Part shown: positions 13,801 to 25,634 of the stretch, in pieces
Position numbering within the stretch: the first letter of the stretch is position 1
Layout: each line of letters starts with the position of its first letter
Assembly (NCBI GenBank): GCA_964035575.1
Contig: OZ037833.1
Span: 1-64,000 of the forward strand
Direction: 5' to 3'
DNA from: Rhynchopus sp. YZ270_cl-10
Taxonomy: Eukaryota
Length of the DNA: 64,000 nucleotides
Notes under the pieces: model-generated
The model's database searches: none
Seen by the model: only the letters and a program-made list of their open reading frames with translations
What the model was told of the DNA's origin: nothing
Position numbers and translations under genes: made by a program

Positions 13801-16529
13801 CGGGTTTGCGGGTTTGCGGGTTTGCGGGTTTGCGGGTTTGCGGGTTTGCGGGTTTGCGGGTTTGCGGGTTTGCGGGTTTGCGGGTTTGCGGGTTTGCGGG
13901 AATGCGGGAATGCGGGACCGCGGAGCGGGCGCGAAGCGCCCGCGACGCATCCTGGGCTGCTAAATGGCATGCGGGACCGCGGAGCGGGCGCGAAGCGCCC
14001 GCGACGCATCCTGGGCTGCTAAATGGCCTCTGTTGTGCTTCATTACCACACCAACTAAAGTTCCACTTTTGCAAAATTTGCAAAAAAAAAATTTTGCAGA
14101 ATTATGCAAAAAAAAATCCGGCTCTATAAGGAACCGGAAAATTGAACAGTGAATTTTGTCATTTTTTGCAAAATTTTGGAGAATTGTGCATGAAAATTGT
14201 ACGTAATTGTGCAAAATTTTGCACAATTATGCAAAAAAATATCCGGGTCTAAAAAAAACCGGAAAAATGCTAAATCAGCATTTTTGAAATTTTGCAGAAA
14301 AGTGCAAAATCTGGCAAAATCTGCATGCAGATCCAACAAATTTTGCAGAATTTGACAAAATTTCCAAAATTCCAAAAATTCCAAAAATTCCAAAAAAATG
14401 CAAAAAATGCTAAATTTACACAAAAATGCTAAATTTACAAAAAAATGCTAAAAGTGCAAAATCTTCCATTTTCTCAAAAATACAAGCCACAGTTTCCGGC
14501 TATCTAAAAAGTCGAAAATTGAAATTTTGCAGAATTTGCAAAAATATGCAAAATTTACAAAAATAGGCAAAAATTGACAAAAAGTGAAAAATTTACAAAT
14601 TTTGCAAAAATTGACAAAAAATCACAAAATCTGCATGAAAATGGACCTAAATTATGCACATTTTGACAAAAAATTGCGGGTTTGCGGGTTTGCGGGTTTG
14701 CGGGTTTGCGGGTTTGCGGGTTTGCGGGTTTGCGGGTTTGCGGGAATGCGGGAATGCGGGACCGCGGAGCGGGCGCGAAGCGCCCGCGACGCATCCTGGG
14801 CTGCTAAATGGCATGCGGGACCGCGGAGCGGGCGCGAAGCGCCCGCGACGCATCCTGGGCTGCTAAATGGCCTCTGTTGTGCTTCATTACCACACCAACT
14901 AAAGTTCCACTTTTGCAAAATTTGCAAAAAAAAAATTTTGCAGAATTATGCAAAAAAAAATCCGGCTCTATAAGGAACCGGAAAATTGAACAGTGAATTT
15001 TGTCATTTTTTGCAAAATTTTGGAGAATTGTGCATGAAAATTGTACGTAATTGTGCAAAATTTTGCACAATTATGCAAAAAAATATCCGGGTCTAAAAAA
15101 AACCGGAAAAATGCTAAATCAGCATTTTTGAAATTTTGCAGAAAAGTGCAAAATCTGGCAAAATCTGCATGCAGATCCAACAAATTTTGCAGAATTTGAC
15201 AAAATTTCCAAAATTCCAAAAATTCCAAAAATTCCAAAAATTCCAAAAAAATGCAAAAAATGTAAAATTTACACAAAAATGCTAAATTTACACAAAAATG
15301 CTAAATTTACAAAAAAATGCTAAAAGTGCAAAATCTTCCATTTTCTCAAAAATACAAGCCACAGTTTCCGGCTATCTAAAAAGTCGAAAATTGAAATTTT
15401 GCAGAATTTGCAAAAATATGCAAAATTTACAAAAATAGGCAAAAATTGACAAAAAGTGAAAAATTTACAAATTTTGCAAAAATTGACAAAAAATCACAAA
15501 ATCTGCATGAAAATGGACCTAAATTATGCACATTTTGACAAAAAATTGCGGGTTTGCGGGTTTGCGGGTTTGCGGGTTTGCGGGTTTGCGGGTTTGCGGG
15601 TTTACGGGTTTGCGGGTTTGCGGGTTTGCGGGTTTGCGGGTTTGCGGGTTTGCGGGTTTGCGGGTTTGCGGGTTTGCGGGTTTGCGGGTTTGCGGGTTTG
15701 CGGGTTTGCGGGTTTGCGGGTTTGCGGGAATGCGGGAATGCGGGACCGCGGAGCGGGCGCGAAGCGCCCGCGACGCATCCTGGGCTGCTAAATGGCATGC
15801 GGGACCGCGGAGCGGGCGCGAAGCGCCCGCGACGCATCCTGGGCTGCTAAATGGCCTCTGTTGTGCTTCATTACCACACCAACTAAAGTTCCACTTTTGC
15901 AAAATTTGCAAAAAAAAAATTTTGCAGAATTATGCAAAAAAAAATCCGGCTCTATAAGGAACCGGAAAATTGAACAGTGAATTTTGTCATTTTTTGCAAA
16001 ATTTTGGAGAATTGTGCATGAAAATTGTACGTAATTGTGCAAAATTTTGCACAATTATGCAAAAAAATATCCGGGTCTAAAAAAAACCGGAAAAATGCTA
16101 AATCAGCATTTTTGAAATTTTGCAGAAAAGTGCAAAATCTGGCAAAATCTGCATGCAGATCCAACAAATTTTGCAGAATTTGACAAAATTTCCAAAATTC
16201 CAAAAATTCCAAAAATTCCAAAAATTCCAAAAAAATGCAAAAAATGTAAAATTTACACAAAAATGCTAAATTTACACAAAAATGCTAAATTTACAAAAAA
16301 ATGCTAAAAGTGCAAAATCTTCCATTTTCTCAAAAATACAAGCCACAGTTTCCGGCTATCTAAAAAGTCGAAAATTGAAATTTTGCAGAATTTGCAAAAA
16401 TATGCAAAATTTACAAAAATAGGCAAAAATTGACAAAAAGTGAAAAATTTACAAATTTTGCAAAAATTGACAAAAAATCACAAAATCTGCATGAAAATGG
16501 ACCTAAATTATGCACATTTTGACAAAAAA

Positions 16530-19500
16530 TTGCGGGTTTGCGGGTTTGCGGGTTTGCGGGTTTGCGGGTTTGCGGGTTTGCGGGTTTACGGGTTTGCGGG
16601 TTTGCGGGTTTACGGGTTTGCGGGTTTGCGGGTTTGCGGGTTTGCGGGTTTGCGGGTTTACGGGTTTGCGGGTTTGCGGGTTTGCGGGTTTGCGGGTTTG
16701 CGGGTTTGCGGGTTTGCGGGTTTGCGGGTTTGCGGGTTTGCGGGTTTGCGGGTTTGCGGGTTTGCGGGTTTGCGGGTTTGCGGGTTTGCGGGTTTGCGGG
16801 TTTGCGGGTTTGCGGGTTTGCGGGTTTGCGGGTTTGCGGGTTTGCGGGTTTGCGGGTTTGCGGGTTTGCGGGTTTGCGGGTTTGCGGGTTTGCGGGTTTG
16901 CGGGTTTGCGGGTTTGCGGGTTTGCGGGTTTGCGGGTTTGCGGGTTTGCGGGTTTGCGGGTTTGCGGGTTTGCGGGTTTGCGGGTTTGCGGGTTTGCGGG
17001 TTTGCGGGTTTGCGGGTTTGCGGGTTTGCGGGTTTGCGGGTTTGCGGGTTTGCGGGTTTGCGGGTTTGCGGGTTTGCGGGTTTGCGGGTTTGCGGGTTTG
17101 CGGGTTTGCGGGTTTGCGGGTTTGCGGGTTTGCGGGTTTGCGGGTTTGCGGGTTTGCGGGTTTGCGGGTTTGCGGGTTTGCGGGTTTGCGGGTTTGCGGG
17201 TTTGCGGGTTTGCGGGTTTGCGGGTTTGCGGGTTTGCGGGTTTGCGGGTTTGCGGGTTTGCGGGTTTGCGGGTTTGCGGGTTTGCGGGTTTGCGGGTTTG
17301 CGGGTTTGCGGGTTTGCGGGTTTGCGGGTTTGCGGGTTTGCGGGTTTGCGGGTTTGCGGGTTTGCGGGTTTGCGGGTTTGCGGGTTTGCGGGTTTGCGGG
17401 TTTGCGGGTTTGCGGGTTTGCGGGTTTGCGGGTTTGCGGGTTTGCGGGTTTGCGGGTTTGCGGGTTTGCGGGTTTGCGGGTTTGCGGGTTTGCGGGTTTG
17501 CGGGTTTGCGGGTTTGCGGGTTTGCGGGTTTGCGGGTTTGCGGGTTTGCGGGTTTGCGGGTTTGCGGGTTTGCGGGTTTGCGGGTTTGCGGGTTTGCGGG
17601 TTTGCGGGTTTGCGGGTTTGCGGGTTTGCGGGTTTGCGGGTTTGCGGGTTTGCGGGTTTGCGGGTTTGCGGGTTTGCGGGTTTGCGGGTTTGCGGGTTTG
17701 CGGGTTTGCGGGTTTGCGGGTTTGCGGGTTTGCGGGTTTGCGGGTTTGCGGGTTTGCGGGTTTGCGGGTTTGCGGGTTTGCGGGTTTGCGGGTTTGCGGG
17801 TTTGCGGGTTTGCGGGTTTGCGGGTTTGCGGGTTTGCGGGTTTGCGGGTTTGCGGGTTTGCGGGTTTGCGGGTTTGCGGGTTTGCGGGTTTGCGGGTTTG
17901 CGGGTTTGCGGGTTTGCGGGTTTGCGGGTTTGCGGGTTTGCGGGTTTGCGGGTTTGCGGGTTTGCGGGTTTGCGGGTTTGCGGGTTTGCGGGTTTGCGGG
18001 TTTGCGGGTTTGCGGGTTTGCGGGTTTGCGGGTTTGCGGGTTTGCGGGTTTGCGGGTTTGCGGGTTTGCGGGTTTGCGGGTTTGCGGGTTTGCGGGTTTG
18101 CGGGTTTGCGGGTTTGCGGGTTTGCGGGTTTGCGGGTTTGCGGGTTTGCGGGTTTGCGGGTTTGCGGGTTTGCGGGTTTGCGGGTTTGCGGGTTTGCGGG
18201 TTTGCGGGTTTGCGGGTTTGCGGGTTTGCGGGTTTGCGGGTTTGCGGGTTTGCGGGTTTGCGGGTTTGCGGGTTTGCGGGTTTGCGGGTTTGCGGGTTTG
18301 CGGGTTTGCGGGTTTGCGGGTTTGCGGGTTTGCGGGTTTGCGGGTTTGCGGGTTTGCGGGTTTGCGGGTTTGCGGGTTTGCGGGTTTGCGGGTTTGCGGG
18401 TTTGCGGGTTTGCGGGTTTGCGGGTTTGCGGGTTTGCGGGTTTGCGGGTTTGCGGGTTTGCGGGTTTGCGGGTTTGCGGGTTTGCGGGTTTGCGGGTTTG
18501 CGGGTTTGCGGGTTTGCGGGTTTGCGGGTTTGCGGGTTTGCGGGTTTGCGGGTTTGCGGGTTTGCGGGTTTGCGGGTTTGCGGGTTTGCGGGTTTGCGGG
18601 TTTGCGGGTTTGCGGGTTTGCGGGTTTGCGGGTTTGCGGGTTTGCGGGTTTGCGGGTTTGCGGGTTTGCGGGTTTGCGGGTTTGCGGGTTTGCGGGTTTG
18701 CGGGTTTGCGGGTTTGCGGGTTTGCGGGTTTGCGGGTTTGCGGGTTTGCGGGTTTGCGGGTTTGCGGGTTTGCGGGTTTGCGGGTTTGCGGGTTTGCGGG
18801 TTTGCGGGTTTGCGGGTTTGCGGGTTTGCGGGTTTGCGGGTTTGCGGGTTTGCGGGTTTGCGGGTTTGCGGGTTTGCGGGTTTGCGGGTTTGCGGGTTTG
18901 CGGGTTTGCGGGTTTGCGGGTTTGCGGGTTTGCGGGTTTGCGGGTTTGCGGGTTTGCGGGTTTGCGGGTTTGCGGGTTTGCGGGTTTGCGGGTTTGCGGG
19001 TTTGCGGGTTTGCGGGTTTGCGGGTTTGCGGGTTTGCGGGTTTGCGGGTTTGCGGGTTTGCGGGTTTGCGGGTTTGCGGGTTTGCGGGTTTGCGGGTTTG
19101 CGGGTTTGCGGGTTTGCGGGTTTGCGGGTTTGCGGGTTTGCGGGTTTGCGGGTTTGCGGGTTTGCGGGTTTGCGGGTTTGCGGGTTTGCGGGTTTGCGGG
19201 TTTGCGGGTTTGCGGGTTTGCGGGTTTGCGGGTTTGCGGGTTTGCGGGTTTGCGGGTTTGCGGGTTTGCGGGTTTGCGGGTTTGCGGGTTTGCGGGTTTG
19301 CGGGTTTGCGGGTTTGCGGGTTTGCGGGTTTGCGGGTTTGCGGGTTTGCGGGTTTGCGGGTTTGCGGGTTTGCGGGTTTGCGGGTTTGCGGGTTTGCGGG
19401 TTTGCGGGTTTGCGGGTTTGCGGGTTTGCGGGTTTGCGGGTTTGCGGGTTTGCGGGTTTGCGGGTTTGCGGGTTTGCGGGTTTGCGGGTTTGCGGGTTTG

Positions 19501-19713
19501 CGGGTTTGCGGGTTTGCGGGTTTGCGGGTTTGCGGGTTTGCGGGTTTGCGGGTTTGCGGGTTTGCGGGTTTGCGGGTTTGCGGGTTTGCGGGTTTGCGGG
19601 TTTGCGGGTTTACGGGTTTGCGGGTTTGCGGGTTTGCGGGTTTGCGGGTTTGCGGGTTTGCGGGTTTGCGGGTTTGCGGGTTTGCGGGTTTGTGGGTTTG
19701 TGGGTTTGTGGGT
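16530..19713 (+). repeat. ~3.2-kb almost perfect (GGGTTTGC)n octamer tract ending in GGGTTTGT variants
   Basis: Read directly. Only a few GGGTTTAC variants near the ends, then an abrupt junction to unique sequence at about 19714. Confidence 0.98.
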
Positions 19714-20094
19714 GAGTAACACCACGGGAGTGCCTAGAACCTTTCCCTAGAAGCCTAGAAACCGAGAGAGGTGTGTGAATGTGTACTGCCCTTGTACACA
19801 TGAAGTTGTGGTTCTCTGGAGCTGTGGTTTGATGTGTTGTTGTTTCTTGGCTGGGGGAAGGTAAAAACTATGTATAAGCAGAGGGAGTGGGGGATATATC
19901 ACTTTTTTTCTTTTTTCCTTCATTTTTGTGAAACAGTGCAAGCTCTTTATTTCTTTTTTTCTCTCTTTGCATCCTTATTAAATAATATTTATTTGCTTTC
20001 TTTCTTTTTTTTTCTTCTTTTTTTTTATGTGAGGGTAGGTAGAGGGGTTCACATATGGGTGACTGGTCATCTTTGGAACTGGCGTAGTTACATA

Positions 20095-21321
20095 TTATTG
20101 GGAATAGTAGAATGGCACGGTGCTGTATGGATCATGTCGGTACACTGGCTGCTGTTGAGAAGTTGGCTTTATGTTGAACCCTATGTGATTGAGAAAACGA
20201 GGTAGGCTGTGCTTCTGAGCTGTGCTACTTGTGCTAGGTTTTATGTGCTGACTGTCGTGGCAGAGAATTCTATCAGAAGAAGCCAGGCCAATACGCGTAG
20301 GCTGGCCGGGCCCTGCTGTCCACACAAATGTTTTATCGTGTCTGGAGAGAAACCGCATGAGAAGAGAGTGGCTTGGGAATAGAGAGTTTGTGAACACTTC
20401 AAATCCATTCAACTTCTGCAACAGCTCCTTCTGGGACATGGGGCCTTTAGAGAGCATTCCTAGCAGGGCCTTTTTAAGATTTTCCTCATCTTCACGTTGG
20501 ACCTTGCTTCTCGACTTGTCTATTTTGCGCACTGAAGAGAGCGGTGTTCCAAAGAGGCAGACACGTGCATCAGACTTTTTTATCTGTGGAGCAAGACAAT
20601 TTTCAACAATATCCTCATCAGAATAGTGGAACAGAGAGAAGTCCTCAGGATGGGCCCTGAGAAATTCCTGCCAGGCACCACCGTAGCATTTCCCCACAAC
20701 GTTGTCGTAGAGTGGACTCTCCTTCGCTTTGTTGCTCAGCACAATAGACCCCAGAGAACCTCTGCACACATTCAGCCGTGGGTTTTCCAAAATAGCTCTG
20801 ACCTCTTTAACAAGTAGCCTCTCTGCGGACCCTTGCTTCACATTGTCAATTGGCATGTGTTGAACCTTCACTGTGAATGTAGTTGGGTGGTATGCAATGT
20901 AGTGGCCAGAGTGTGATGCATCCTGAGATTGCACGAGGTTCCCAAGATCAACTTCAAAGTCCTCACGGCCTTCACAGGTACATTCCAGGGTTGCATTCCA
21001 TGCACTCCTAGGAAGCGGATCATGAGCTGTGATAAAGAGAGCGTCAAGGCCAAGCCCGCCCTTTTCCCCAGTGATGTTTATGTCTTTATTAGCTGACACT
21101 GTGAGTGTTTCTTCTTTCCCTGGGAGCGGGAGGTTGCAACGTATAAGTTGTAAGCCATTCAGCAGAACTGATGCGTATCCTCGCTCCACTGGATTGGTGG
21201 GTCCTGCAATGTCAGTGATGTTGAAGCAACTGCTGGGTTCAAAGTCTGAGTCTGTGTTTCCTATGCTGCCTCCTGCTGTTGATATGACAGAATACTGCCG
21301 AACAGAATGTACTGAGCTCAT
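20095..21321 (-). CDS. Hypothetical 408-aa protein, possibly RNA-binding (OST-HTH/LOTUS- or winged-helix-like segments) with a C-terminal YRHDPY motif
   Basis: Long non-repetitive ATG-initiated ORF after an AC-rich leader. Segments YGGAWQEFLRAHPEDF and LLGMLSKGPMSQKELLQKL are suggestive, and the protein ends PVYRHDPYSTVPFYYSQ. The domain assignment is tentative. Confidence 0.75.
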   Translation of the reverse strand: MSSVHSVRQYSVISTAGGSIGNTDSDFEPSSCFNITDIAGPTNPVERGYASVLLNGLQLIRCNLPLPGKEETLTVSANKDINITGEKGGLGLDALFITAHDPLPRSAWNATLECTCEGREDFEVDLGNLVQSQDASHSGHYIAYHPTTFTVKVQHMPIDNVKQGSAERLLVKEVRAILENPRLNVCRGSLGSIVLSNKAKESPLYDNVVGKCYGGAWQEFLRAHPEDFSLFHYSDEDIVENCLAPQIKKSDARVCLFGTPLSSVRKIDKSRSKVQREDEENLKKALLGMLSKGPMSQKELLQKLNGFEVFTNSLFPSHSLLMRFLSRHDKTFVWTAGPGQPTRIGLASSDRILCHDSQHIKPSTSSTAQKHSLPRFLNHIGFNIKPTSQQQPVYRHDPYSTVPFYYSQ

Positions 21322-21871
21322 TGTGTTCTTGTTGTGTTACAGTATATTTGTAGTAGTAGCCTGTGATTTGTTATTAGTCCGTTGAGTAAGACAACAAAAA
21401 CTTAAAGAATCCCCCCCAGCAGTCAGGCCAGGGAGCCACGTAACAAGGCTCGACTGCCACATAGTGGGGGGGGATCTGTGCAGCCTGTATGTTCCCCCCG
21501 ATTTTCGTGGTAAATGGGGAGGCGCTTCCGTTTAACGGCAACCCACAAGAGTAGAACAACAACCAAACTTTTGAGAAACAGACGCCAATGAGACCTAGAG
21601 TCTCTCTTCTTACTTGTGTGCTGCAGACAAACATGACAACGCTAACCACGACTGCCACGGCAGAGCGGGGTCCCAAACGGTTCACTGGGGGGGATCCACA
21701 TAGATAAAGAAAACAAAAAATACGAAAGCAAGGAAGAAAACCAGTAAAAAAAAAAAAAAAAGAATACAAGAAAAACAGAGGGAGGGATAAGTAATAATTG
21801 GGATGGGTTGCAATATTATTTCATTTGGAGTGTTATTTATTTTTGTTTTCTTTTGTCTTGGTTTTTATTTA

Positions 21872-22543
21872 TTACACCCAGTGTGCAGCAAATCTGTTTA
21901 GTGCCATGAAGGTTATTTCAGATGCTGAAGAGGGGGATAGGGTATCAACACTAGATTTGCTGCTCGATGTGCTGCCTTCCTGCCAGGTGTCTGCATAGGA
22001 TTCACTGCTGGAGCAAGTACTGGAAGGGCAGAATGATGCAAGGTTCTCCAGATCAAGTTCTCGGCATATATGGATGTTGATACAACGCTCCCCCCATTTG
22101 CATCTCTTCAATTTGTTCAGCCCACAAATCCTGTTCTTTTGTACAATAATTTTGTCCCCCCGGTGCAAAAGCTCCTCCAAACCTCTTGTACTGCTGAAAT
22201 TGCTCACAGAGAGCAATGCTATGTTGTCCTTGCCCTTCAACATAACACATTTTTTGCTGGCCCATTTTCCGGAATGAAGCGCGCAGCACTGGCCCGCCAT
22301 TTCATCACGAAGTCTGTCCACAGCATCTGGACTCACATGTAGTTGACGGCATGTCTTCTGTGACTTACATTTCCCTCTGTGAAATAGTATGCACACATTC
22401 AGTGGTCTATTTCCAAGGGTTCCTTGAAGATATGCTGTTCGTCCTTTCGTTTCACATGTTTCTGAAAAATGGAATACAACAAGCTGGGCACGGTTTCCAG
22501 GGTCTTTTGCTTCTATCACTTTGCCTTCTAACAGTGTGTTCAT
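21872..22543 (-). CDS. CCCH zinc-finger protein (223 aa), kinetoplastid ZC3H-like
   Basis: Two C-x7-C-x5-C-x3-H motifs (CILFHRGKCKSQKTCRQLH and CGLNKLKRCKWGERCINIH) and a Ser-rich tail. Confidence 0.8.
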   Translation of the reverse strand: MNTLLEGKVIEAKDPGNRAQLVVFHFSETCETKGRTAYLQGTLGNRPLNVCILFHRGKCKSQKTCRQLHVSPDAVDRLRDEMAGQCCALHSGKWASKKCVMLKGKDNIALLSVSNFSSTRGLEELLHRGDKIIVQKNRICGLNKLKRCKWGERCINIHICRELDLENLASFCPSSTCSSSESYADTWQEGSTSSSKSSVDTLSPSSASEITFMALNRFAAHWV

Positions 22544-22827
22544 GTTGTGTTCAACAAAAATGTGTGTTAGGCTGTGTGGTGTTTGGGTATGGAAGATGAG
22601 GGGTGCCTGGGTGGTTTACAAAACCAAGAGGGGAGTGTGAGGTAAAGGGAGATGCACTTTGCCAGTCTGTTCTGTGAGTGTGCTGTTTACCCCTGGACAC
22701 ACCCAATAATATTTCCACGCAATAGCAAACCCGTAATAGTAAATATAATATTGTTAATATATGTTCCAATTACTATTCCTAGATGCACTCCTACTCACTG
22801 ACGAACCAAAAAGGCATGAATTTGAGG

Positions 22828-23117
22828 TATACACAATATACACAGTATACACAGTATACACAGTATACACAGTATACACAGTATACACAGTATACACAGT
22901 ATACACAGTATACACAGTATACACAGTATACACAGTATACACAGTATACACAGTATACACAGTATACACAGTATACACAGTATACACAGTATACACAGTA
23001 TACACAGTATACACAGTATACACAGTATACACAGTATACACAGTATACACAGTATACACAGTATACACAGTATACACAGTATACACAGTATACACAGTAT
23101 ACACAATATACACAATA
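22828..23117 (+). repeat. (CACAGTATA)n 9-bp minisatellite, about 32 copies
   Basis: Read directly. It accounts for the YTV/YTQ/CIL pseudo-ORFs. Confidence 0.96.
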
Positions 23118-23452
23118 TTGCTAATATATGTTCAGATTACTATTCCTATGGTGACGGCACTCCTACAAACTCACTGACCAATAGAAAACACCGTAAAAAC
23201 AGCAAAATTGACTACACAGGTTTACGAGTTGACTGGTTAGTTGTATGTATTGGTGTTTCCCTGCGGTGCGGGATGTGTGTAGGAGGGAATGCCACCTTAC
23301 CCAAATTTAATTTTAGGCATGAGATGGATGAAGATGAATTAGATTTTTGGTCTGTAGCCCAGGAGATACCATTTTTGTGGTCCTACTTAATATATTTCTC
23401 TTATTCACTCCCTTCCCCCAGAAAATCCTACGACACAAACAAAAACAACAAC

Positions 23453-24343
23453 ATGAAGCCTACACCGTGGAGTGCTGCTCTTCAGTCCACCAATCTCCTT
23501 GCGGAAGCCCCGATGCTCCTTCCAACTCCGAAGCCTGAAGAAGAGTCTAATTCACCACCGGATGATGAGCTCCCGGATGACGTTGTCAGAAACAATGTGC
23601 TTAATGAGCCGGTTGATGATAGTCTTGCAGGTCTGATTGCGGATCTACACATCCAGATGGAGAAAACTAAAGAAATGTGCAGGCAACTCACAGAAGCTCA
23701 CAACATAATCCGTTCCGCCCACAGCTTCTACACATCACTGGTATGTAATATTACAGCTTACAGTTATTACTTTCAAATTCTTCTTAACACAGCATGAACG
23801 TGCGATTGAACACATAGTGGAACACCAGAACAAGAGGAGAAGGGTTAGTACACCAAAGGTATAATGACTATTTGGTTTTATTCAATTAGCATTATTTGCA
23901 AATACAATTATTAATTACAGAACAATGCGAGGCCACAGGATGCCAGAACGCTTGAGACCCCCACACCAGAGGCCCCAGCCGCCCCCCCAGCCGTCCCCCC
24001 AGCCGTCCCCCCAGCCGCCCCTCCAGCCGTCCCCCCAGCCGCCCCCCCAGGCACCCCACCAGGCACCCCCCAGGTCACCACCCCTCTCTCTCCTTGGGAG
24101 TGCGAAACATGCTGTCGGACCTTCAAAAAGTCCTCAGCATTAATTAGCCACATGCAAGTACATGAGGAGAAGAAAACCAAAAGGGCTTACAAAAAAAGAT
24201 CACAAGTGACCACCCCCACAACGGTTGAGACCGCCACACCAGAGGCCCCAGCCACCCCCGTAGACACCCCCCAGGTCACTGCCATCCCACTCCCAGAAAT
24301 CACCATCCCTTACGAGGATGATGATGATGAGGAATATTTTTAA
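23453..24343 (+). CDS. Three-exon gene (23453-23740, 23793-23858, 23921-24343), 258-aa Pro-rich protein with one C2H2 zinc finger and an acidic tail
   Basis: Two AT-rich phase-0 GT-AG introns (23741-23792, 23859-23920). The spliced frame stays open and yields WECETCCRTFKKSSALISHMQVH, a KRRR basic patch, and the end YEDDDDEEYF*. Confidence 0.8.
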
Positions 24344-24842
24344 GAAATTGTCAATATTTTTTCCAGTAAAATTGCTTTTTTTGTTTTTCGTTTATTCCGT
24401 TCAGTAGTCGTAGTATTTGAGTCCCGGGCTTGTTTTCCCTCACTTCCTTTTTCCTCTGTGTCTACGACACGTTCTGTACTTCAAAAAAACACATCCATCC
24501 GTAAGTCGAAAAAAAAGGAAACAAAAATATAAATAAAAAGTCCACACCTACAAGGCGAGCGTTTTGGCAGGCGTTTGTAAGGACAGCCAATAGACTTTCA
24601 TCTGAAACAGAAGTGGTGTGGAAACAAACAACTTTTATTTTTTCCCCTCCCATTTTTTGTCTTTTGAACCACGAAAAAAGAGAAACTGTGGCGATTAACT
24701 TTTTTTTGTTTTCCGTTTTATTTGTATATTTTTCCAGACACAGAATATCAGATACAATAAAAAATGGAAAATTTCTTTTTTTTCTGTAATAACAAAGTAT
24801 ATTTTTATTTATCAGCAGAAGGAAATAACACACACATAAACT

Positions 24843-25328
24843 ATGACGTTCAACCCAATGTGGCATGAGATACAGTCTAATCTGCTAGAAGGAGAGACAG
24901 CTATTGACCGTCCGGATCTGGTGCACCGCATCTTTTACCTGAAGGTGAAGGAGCTTGTTAATTTTTTAAGAGAAAAAAATGTTCCTGGGGATCACATTGC
25001 AATGGTGGTGGTGGCTGAGTACCAAAAGAGGGGTCTGCCTCATGCTCACGCAATTCTTTGGAACAACAACAAAACTTCACTGAAGAACCCTTTAAATGTG
25101 TATCACATCGTACAACTCCCTGGACCAGCACACCCAAATATCTACAAAGCTTTCAATCAGTATCTGATGAACAACAGGTGGATGGTTCATTACAATCTTC
25201 TCCTGAAATATCGGCGCCACACACACAGAAACAATGAGGAAGTGCGCGGGATCCTTGTTGTTAAGTATTTGTTTAAATACTTGTTCAAGGAGGAGAAGGA
25301 GCCTATGACAGGTCTATTTATTCAATGA
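24843..25328 (+). CDS. Stand-alone compact Helitron-type HUH Rep domain (161 aa)
   Basis: TFNPMWHEI (motif 1), DRPDLVHRIF, VAEYQKRGLPHAHAILW (HUH motif 2) and KYLFKYLFK (tyrosine motif 3). Confidence 0.8.
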   Translation: MTFNPMWHEIQSNLLEGETAIDRPDLVHRIFYLKVKELVNFLREKNVPGDHIAMVVVAEYQKRGLPHAHAILWNNNKTSLKNPLNVYHIVQLPGPAHPNIYKAFNQYLMNNRWMVHYNLLLKYRRHTHRNNEEVRGILVVKYLFKYLFKEEKEPMTGLFIQ

Positions 25329-25634
25329 TTTGTGTGGTAGAGTTGTGACATTGGATAAAAAAAGAAAACGAAATACAAAATAGCGATAAGTGGGGATATG
25401 TCTTTGTGGGCTTACGGGTTTTCGGGTTTTGTTGTCAGTTATTTTTTGTTTGTTATTTGTTTTCCTAATTTTTCCTACTCCCCCCATTCTATTTGAATAT
25501 TTTGTCAGACACAGAATATCAAATCACATGATACAACAACAAAAAAGGAATAACCTATTTTTTAAATAATTCTGAGAACATTTTTATTCATCACCAGTCA
25601 TTACATAACAGAAAAACATAACACACCGTAAACT

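Larger units (their letters stand above)
1..19713 (+). repeat. Composite tandem satellite, 12 units of ~0.85-1.1 kb (AT-rich block + variable (GGGTTTGC)n tract + duplicated 59-bp GC-rich hairpin block); two units have multi-kb octamer tracts
   Basis: The landmark ATCCGGCTCTATAAGG recurs at about 1, 1029, 2056, 3082, 3927, 4910, 11032, 12116, 13088, 14116, 14960 and 15944. Units are near-identical apart from octamer copy number and small indels. Confidence 0.97.

Noticed and set aside
1..16530. CRISPR-like repeat-spacer appearance of the satellite
   Set aside because: The spacers are not unique, the units are ~1 kb, there are no cas genes, and the context is eukaryotic.
1..19801. Many long ORFs (up to 1826 aa) of GLRVCGFA / PANPQTRK repeats
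   Set aside because: They are translations of a stop-free octamer that is open in all six frames, and indels shift frames freely.
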